A stretch of DNA of 64,000 nucleotides from Octopus bimaculoides (Eukaryota), in the NCBI RefSeq assembly GCF_001194135.2, contig NC_068990.1, positions 36,373,234 to 36,437,233 on the forward strand, in the 5' to 3' direction. The notes beneath the pieces are model-generated. The model ran no database searches. It was not told the DNA's origin and saw only the letters and a program-made list of their open reading frames with translations. Position numbers and translations under genes: made by a program. Shown here one piece after another: positions 55,878 through 64,000 of this stretch; position 1 is the first letter of the stretch, and every line of letters begins with the position of its first letter.

Positions 55878-55950
55878 TGGAGAATCCCGTTATCGATCCC
55901 GGTACCTCTCGCATACAAAGCTAGCACTCTACCATCTGAGCTAATTCCCC
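55878..55950 (-). tRNA. tRNA-Ala-derived gene/pseudogene with TGT (Thr) anticodon
   Basis: Reverse complement is 73 nt: GGGGAATTAGCTCAGATGGTAGAGTGCTAGCTTTGTATGCGAGAGGTACCGGGATCGATAACGGGATTCTCCA. Perfect acceptor stem with G3:U70, A73 discriminator, A54-type T-loop (ATCGATA) typical of eukaryotic tRNA-Ala, and TTTT about 10 nt downstream. Mismatches in the anticodon stem (1) and T-stem (2) suggest decay. Confidence 0.85.
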
Positions 55951-56374
55951 AGAAGGAACAAAAGGATGAAAGAAAAATCTAAATAATATACACTATTTGA
56001 TGGGCTACATTTAAGACAGTGGAGGAATGACTGCTCAGTTACACTGCCTCATTCAGGAAATACAATATGGAACATCTTGACACAGACCAAGTATGTCTTT
56101 TGCAACAGAAATAAAGTAGATTATGATATTAGATGGAGATTATTGAACATGTACAAAACATTTCATTCATACACAGACAAAACCTAAATCCAAAATCTGA
56201 GATATTCACTGCTTGCATAAATGAGAGAAAATGCATCCTTCATTATTAGTCTAGACTATTTTATTTTGGTTGCAATCATGATTCTATTTTTCCACACACA
56301 TTCAAAAATTGTGAGCAGACACTTGTGTGTTTGTGTGTACATAGATGTACATAAATGTGTATATATATACATGT

Positions 56375-56740
56375 GAAGAGCATGTGGCCTAGTCTGTTGC
56401 ACTCTTGATCACTAAATTGTAGGTTCGATTCCCTGACTGGGTGGCACATTGTGTTCTTGAGCAAAACACTTCATTTCATGTTGTTCAAGTCCCTGAATCT
56501 CCCTGAGAACTATGTTAAGGCTATGCTTGCCTGTGGAGTGCTCAACCACTTTCACTTTAATTTCACAAGCAGGCTGTTCCTTTCATTCAGATCAACTGCA
56601 GCCCTCATCACTGAAACCCTCATCACTGAAACCCTCATCACTGAAACCCTCATCTCTGCAACCCTCATTGCTGCAACCCTCACCACTGCAACCGATAGAG
56701 TGCCAGTTTTTTAATGGGCAATGATCTCAACCATTTATAT
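56375..56740 (+). mobile_element. SINE family B copy with internal 15-bp tandem repeat
   Basis: Head with GGTTCGATTCC B-box; about six (CCCTCATCACTGAAA)-like units at about 56605-56690. Confidence 0.75.
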
Positions 56741-57887
56741 TGTCATGTACTTGAACATAATAATGTAATACATGTAACAAGGATGTGTGCTCAAAATTTC
56801 ACTGTATACTCATTATAAATAACAATGAAATGGTGAGAACTTGAATGCAATTATAAANNNNNNNNNNNNNNNNNNNNNNNNNNNNNNNNNNNNNNNNNNN
56901 NNNNNNNNNNNNNNNNNNNNNNNNNNNNNNNNNNNNNNNNNNNNNNNNNNNNNNNNNNNNNNNNNNNNNNNNNNNNNNNNNNNNNNNNNNNNNNNNNNNN
57001 NNNNNNNNNNNNNNNNNNNNNNNNNNNTATACTCATTATAAATAACAATGAAATGGTGAGAACTTGAATGCAATTATAAAGAAAAATATAAGAACTCTTA
57101 TGCATAAAAACACTTCAACAGCAACAACAAGGATAACAACAACAACAATGAAGAACAGCAACAATAACAACTTTAAAATCTTCAACAAATTGAATCAAAG
57201 GAATGAGAAGAGAGAAAAAGAAATGAAAGTAAAATAATCACACCAACAACAACATCTTTTATTTCCACCAGTGCAACGGATGAGGGCACATTAATAAAAG
57301 TAATAATGGAAAAAAAAGTAAAGTAAATATGAATAACAGGAAAAAAATTCATTGAAAATCATAAAATAAAATAAAGAAAAGAAAAGAAAACAATAATGAG
57401 AACGACAACAAAATGGAAAATACATTAGTTATTGAATAAATTCTTGAATTCATGTTCTTCCGTTAAAGAGGCGCTATATAATTTTTGGATTGTTTTTAAG
57501 TTTTATAACAGACTGCTGCANNNNNNNNNNTATATATATATATATATATATGCATATATATATATATGTATGTATGTATATATGTATATATATAAATAGA
57601 TGTATATGTATGTATATATATATGTATATATCTATGCATATATACATATATAACACATATATACACACAAGTGAGTGGGCAAATGAAAAAAGGAGGCCGA
57701 CACTCAACACATTATTCAGTAGAAGTTGCATTTATTATAATTTAAATCTATTTGATTCAGCCCTGTGCGACTTTAAGTTTCATCAGTTCATTACAGGAAC
57801 CTAGCTAGCTCTTCTGGCCAAATAAGCTGACAAAACTTTAAACTGTGTGAGGCTGAAAGTAATTATTTTTAATAATAATAATAATAA

Positions 57888-58445
57888 TGCCCGGATGCAG
57901 TACCAGGCAGTGGCTCTCATGGCATCTGATCTTAACTGATTGGAAGTGTTATCATGTACATTGTTGTGTCTTGGTATAACAAGATGGGCTACAGCAAATA
58001 TTCTGCTCAATGCCACAGATTTGCTTGTCAGTTGTTTGACTTGAACCAGTTGAGTATGTCCCTTGGTGGCTGACGATATGTGCATCTCTGATCATGAGCA
58101 AAAGTAGTTGGGGAGCATCATAGCCATGTGTTGAGAGGAATTCTTTGGGGTTTGAATAATTTACTTTTGGAAACATGGGTGTTTTGCTCAACATCCTTAA
58201 ACAAACCTTATTCAGGGACCTTTTGAGCGGGACAGGCTACTTGACGTGAAGAAAATTCTAACTGGGCCCCACCTGTGAGGTCATGCGCTGTTTATCTTGA
58301 TATGAGATCACCATGTCGTGTACATGTGGTTGTGATGCATGTGCCTGGTGTACCCTTATCAGACGGGTAGTCATGATGGGTATATTGGGCTTTGTATATT
58401 TTACCCCCATGTTACTTTGATGGCATGCACTGCTCTCTCATTAGA
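57888..58445 (+). mobile_element. Dispersed repeat family F copy
   Basis: ggatgcagtaccaggcagtggctctcatggc ... ggcatgcactgctctctca. Confidence 0.85.
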
Positions 58446-58675
58446 TAATGATAATAATAATGATTTCATTTATTTGTCACCAGGGCAAGGGATGAGGAGA
58501 CAATACAAAAACAACCATAATAATACAACAATAATATAACTAAAAGAAACAAATAGCCAAAATTTTGTATTAAACTTCTGAACAATCAGATGTAAATTTC
58601 GAAGATGTAAAACTTTAAGTAATGCAATGCTAAGGTCAACTACTAATACACACATACACATGCGCGCGTGCGCGT

Positions 58676-58731
<56 letters not shown>

Positions 58732-59222
58732 ACGTACACACATGCATGTGTGTACATACATACACATGTATGTATGAATGTATGCATATATTTCTACATG
58801 CATGTATATGTTTATTAATAAGTGAGATCATGTATGAGTGGGTGACTGAAAAACACTATTTTCACTGTTAAATTTTGTAAAGAATAAATGTTGATAGATT
58901 AATTAAGATATATAGAGATATATGTGCACGCATATAATGTATATATATAATGAGTATAGAGATACACACACGCATATATATATATGTATGCATACATATG
59001 TATATATACATTTATATATATATATATATTTATATACATACTCTATAAACATATTTAAACTGGCTATATATACATGTATGTGAGTCCATACACACAATTA
59101 ATATATACAAATCATTCATGCATTCACGCACGCATGCATACATAAATACCTACCTACATAACTACATACATACATACATGCAGATATATCTATATATATG
59201 TATTCATGAATGTGTATGTGCC

Positions 59223-59268
<46 letters not shown>

Positions 59269-59305
59269 CACATACACACACATATGTATATATGTAAGTG
59301 TGTAC

Positions 59306-59358
<53 letters not shown>

Positions 59359-60031
59359 TATATATGTATACATAGACCCACGCATACGTATATAATTTTA
59401 CTCTTTATATTTAATGGTTTATATTATAGTGAGTTTGTTTTATAAACAGGAAATTGAACTTTTTCAATATTTCTCTTCTTAACAAATTACAAACTAATGG
59501 TAAAAAATAAAATAAAAGGAAACAGACACAAAAAAAAAATAATATTAAATCTATTCGATCCCACCATGGGGCATTCAAACAGTTGTTTGTTACCATTCTA
59601 CTTAGTCTCTTTCTCTTACTTTGTACACCTCTATCTTCAGTTCCGCTGTCACGCTTCGATTTCTCCCCCTCCTCTTTCTCACCCCCCTTTTCACTTCATT
59701 TTACTAAATCTTCCTTTCTTTCTTTTTCTTATTTCTTTTACTTTGAAAACTCCTTTCTTTTAGTGTGTATGTAAATGTAAACATGCATATGTATGTATAT
59801 GTGTGTTTGTATGTGTTGATATTTATAGATGTATATATCATCATCATCATCATCATCATTTAACATCCGGTTTCCATGCTGGCATACACACACACACATA
59901 TAGATATATGTATATATAATCTACACCAACACACACACACACACACACACATACATATATATGTACCACATGCAGAGAGAGAGAGAGACAGACAGATAGA
60001 AAGAGAGAGATTTTCTGTCTTTTTCTCTCTC

Positions 60032-60080
<49 letters not shown>

Positions 60081-60593
60081 TATATACATATACATAAAAT
60101 GTGTAGTTATACATACACTCACCCATATATGCATTTACACATGTATGAAAATATATACATTATGAGATTACATACATATCTTAAGGGTAAATATAAATAT
60201 AACTGAAAAAAAAAAAAAAGGAAATAATTTGCCAGAATTATTTTTTTTTCCCTTTGAATAAGAAGAAAAATGATGTAAAAATTGAGTTGAAAGTTTTTTT
60301 ATTCTTCATTTTTATTTCCTGTTAGATTATGATATTTACATTATTTTTCATTAGTTTTGATATTTTAATTCTATTTCTAAGGTATTTCTCTTTCTTTCCT
60401 TCTTTCTTTCTTTCTTTCTTTCATTTTCTCTTTCCCCTCTCCCTCCCCCATGTCTCTCTCTTTCTTTCCCTCGTCCATGCTCTTGTCCCTCATTGGCATA
60501 ACAACACACTTCTTCTGTTTCTTATGTTCACATAATATACGTATACTACATAAGCATGAGGATTAAAGCGTGCATGTGTGCTGTGTATGTGAG

Positions 60594-60636
<43 letters not shown>

Positions 60637-61050
60637 TGCACATACACAGATATATATGTGTACACAGGCATATATACATACACTCAAGAACATATACATC
60701 GTTTCATTAACTAATCAATATCCATATTTTTACTTATTGGGAACTTATATACAAAAAAAAAAAAAAAATACAGAAGCTTCATATAAAACATAGAAGAATG
60801 GATTGAGTTGGTACTCTGCATAAGGGTAGGTTTTGTGGAGAAGGAATAAATACTGTACAATGTGGGTAAGTACTGTATAGCTAGTGTAGATAATATATAC
60901 TCCTTGTATTTATTGGATATTTGTGAAGTTGTTCTGCGAAGAGTTATTCGAAAACTGAAGAATTTTGAAGTGTGGGATTTACAGTGTCTTATATGTATCA
61001 TATTTATATTGCACACACAAATATATATATATATATATATATATACATAC

Positions 61051-61094
<44 letters not shown>

Positions 61095-61096
<2 letters not shown>

Positions 61097-61276
61097 ACTC
61101 TTTTATTTTTTTATTTGTTTCAGTCATTCGACTGTGGCCATGCTGGAGCACCGTCTTTTAGTTGAACAATTTGATCCCAGGACTTATTCTTTGTAAGCCT
61201 AGTATTTATTCTATTGGTCTCTATTGTCAAACTGCTAAGTAATGGGCAACATAAACACACCAACAAAGATACAAAT

Positions 61277-61300
<24 letters not shown>
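61095..61300 (-). mobile_element. SINE family C 3' half
   Basis: ttgtttcagtcattcgactgtggccatgctggagcaccg...ccaggacttattctttgtaagcctag. Confidence 0.8.
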
Positions 61301-61307
<7 letters not shown>

Positions 61308-61323
61308 TATATATATATGTATG

Positions 61324-61380
<57 letters not shown>

Positions 61381-61387
61381 CTATATA

Positions 61388-61860
61388 TGTATCATCATCA
61401 CCGTTAAACGTCTGCTTTCCATGCTGGCATGGGCTGGACGGTTTGACTGAGGACTGGTGAGCCAGCAACTGCACCAGGCTCCAATCTGACCTGGCAATGT
61501 TTCTACAGCTGGATGCCCTTCCTAACGCCAACCACTCCGAGAGTGTAGTGGCTGCTTCTTACGTTCCACCAGCAGGCGGTTTTGGCAATGACCATGCTCA
61601 CACTCAAAAGGTGTATATATGTGCTATCTGCATGGGATCCAGTCCGGCGGCACTGGCAATGACCATGCTCGAATGCTTTTCACGTGCCACCAGCACATGT
61701 GCCAGTAAGGCACATGATTAGTCATTGCGATCTGGTGGGTGCTTTACATGGCATGAAAATTGGTAATTTTATGTTGCACCAGCGCAGGCATTTTTATGAG
61801 GCACCTGCATGGACACTTTTACGTGATACTCACACCCATGAGCCCACAAGACCAGGAACT
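61388..61860 (-). mobile_element. Repeat family E long copy
   Basis: catcatcaccgttaaacgtctgctttccatgc...ggatgcccttcctaacgcc. Further partial copies at about 210-485, 6130-6170, 21132-21295, 29745-29935, 35190-35260 and 59838-59885. Confidence 0.8.
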
Positions 61861-61978
61861 CTCAGCTGAGAGAGGGATGTACATACATACATACATATAT
61901 ACACACACACACGCTAACACACACACACGCACACACACCCACACACCCACACACACATATATATGTAAACACACATAA

Positions 61979-62021
<43 letters not shown>

Positions 62022-62643
62022 TGTATATACATATATGTATAAATGTATATATCTATATATATATATATNNNNNNNNNNNNNNNNNNNNNNNNNNNNNNNN
62101 NNNNNNNNNNNNNNNNNNNNNNNNNNNNNNNNNNNNNNNNNNNNNNNNNNNNNNNNNNNNNNNNNNNNNNNNNNNNNNNNNNNNNNNNNNNNNNNNNNNN
62201 NNNNNNNNNNNNNNNNNNNNNNNNNNNNNNNNNNNNNNNNNNNNNNNNNNNNNNNNNNNNNNNNNNNNNNNNNNNNNNNNNNNNNNNNNNNNNNNNNNNN
62301 NNNNNNNNNNNNNNNNNNNNNNNNNNNNNNNNNNNNNNNNNNNNNNNNNNNNNNNNNNNNNNNNNNNNNNNNNNNNNNNNNNNNNNNNNNNNNNNNNNNN
62401 NNNNNNNNNNNNNNNNNNNNNNNNNNNNNNNNNNNNNNNNNNNNNNNNNNNNNNNNNNNNNNNNNNNNNNNNNNNNNNNNNNNNNNNNNNNNNNNNNNNN
62501 NNNNNNNNNNNNNNNNNNNNNNNNNNNNNNNNNNNNNNNNNNNNNNNNNNNNNNNNNNNNNNNNNNNNNNNNNNNATATAGTGAAAATTTACTATATACA
62601 AAGACGGTGTGTAAACAACAAACAGATGTATTAGTTTAACTAT

Positions 62644-62695
<52 letters not shown>

Positions 62696-64000
62696 GTATG
62701 TATGTATATATATATGTTACTGTAATTCCATCAGTCACATTTCTAATCAATGTCTAACAATGTTATAGATTATTATTAACAAAACCATGTTTTAAAGTTT
62801 TATGAAGCTGAATACACTTCCATCAATAACTAACAACAACAACAACCTCAAAACAACAACACCAAGGAGGAGGAGGAGGAGGAAATGATCAGTTTCAACA
62901 GCAACAACAGCAATGATGACAAGAGCAACAAGAACAATAACATTAAACAACTATGAAAGTATGAGAAGCTGGTCTCAGCTTTCTAACAAAGTTTGCCAAA
63001 GGCCAGTTTATTGAGAATGTAGAGTTTGTAGAACTGTAAAACTAAATCTGTCTTGTAGAAAAAGAAAACAAAGAAAATAAAAGTAAAGAAATAATAAAAG
63101 ATAAAAGAGAAAGCCAAAGAGAAATGTGTCTTATGTTGACTTTCTCATCTTTCTATATACATAAAGGATGAAGAAAAGCAATTCCCAGTGGTTATCATAA
63201 CACAAACAACATGTGATATCACGGATATCATGTCTTTTGGCTACAAGCTCATCTGTGTCTCTGCTTGTCTAGCCTCGACACAGTCCATCTCATATCACAT
63301 AGAATTGAATGAAATGATGATGACGGCTGAGGCCGCAATAGCAATGTCAATGACAACAGCAATAACAATAATGACAACTGAAACCGCCAGTGTAGTAGAA
63401 ATAATGTAACATGAAAAATATTAAACATCAATGAATAGTAAAACAGTGATTGTAATGTAGGCATTAAGGAAATTACAAATAATAGCAACAACAAAAACAA
63501 CGGCAGCAACAATAACAATAACAATAGCAACAACACAGTAGAAAACTGACTACAATAGCAACAACAAAAGCAACTATGGCAACTGCCTCGATAGCAACAA
63601 CAGTGATGCCAACGATACCAATCACACCAATAGCAGCAGTAGCAACAACAATAACTATAATAGCAACAAAAATAACAAAAATAGCAAATAATAACAGGAA
63701 ACAACAACTACAACAACATTGGTAGCAGCAACTGCAACAACAATGTAACAACAACAATAGCAACAACAACAAGAACAAGGACAGAAGTAGCAACTACAAC
63801 AAAAGCAATAATTAATATGGGTTCATTTAGCCATGCAATTTTCGTCACGCTCATCCTCCTTTGATTAAACTTACCTGTGAGTAGCACCTTCATTCTTACT
63901 TTCACTTTCCTTCTCAAGTGGTAGATGAAGGCATGGATGAGAATTTGTGCAGACCTTTAAACCACAACTGTCATTCAATTTCCTTTACAATAACCACCAC

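Noticed and set aside
4095-56460. tRNA-like A/B boxes in SINE heads as tRNA genes
   Set aside because: No complete cloverleaf, and they continue into repeat bodies.
56807-57078. About 50-bp direct repeat flanking an N gap (and likewise 53506-54013)
   Set aside because: Identical sequence on both sides of the gap points to a scaffolding artefact.
4858-63880. YAG|GTAAG motifs on the minus strand (4864, 27288, 63875) as recursive splice sites
   Set aside because: No strong polypyrimidine tracts; the motif is just the ordinary donor consensus and is expected by chance.
1-64000. Most ORFs in the track (YIYI, CVCV, HTHT, poly-L/T/D, X-filled)
   Set aside because: They are translations of microsatellites or N gaps, with no coding signal.

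Overview
Repeat-dense, AT-rich eukaryotic (animal) DNA from a draft assembly, with about 14 N-gaps, most flanked by (TA)n. The SINE types and the very high microsatellite load resemble Octopus/coleoid cephalopod DNA; this is inference from recognition, not a database result. No intact protein-coding gene or long ORF is present, and nearly every ORF in the track is a microsatellite or N translation. Supported content: many copies of several SINE/short-repeat families, three decayed mariner transposase remnants, a TA-flanked Tc1/mariner MITE, three R4/Dong-like (RLE-type) non-LTR fragments, one CR1/jockey-group RT remnant, and one tRNA-Ala-derived gene with a TGT (Thr) anticodon. Leads worth checking: that anticodon-shifted tRNA, a 1.5-kb CpG-retaining island bounded by 33-bp inverted repeats, a decayed Penelope-type hammerhead, a miRNA-like hairpin, a 560-bp repeat that always sits in (AAT)n, and scattered short candidate exons of unidentified host genes on both strands. 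I found no convincing new multi-gene system. Repeat boundaries are approximate (roughly +/-10-30 bp) unless stated as exact.
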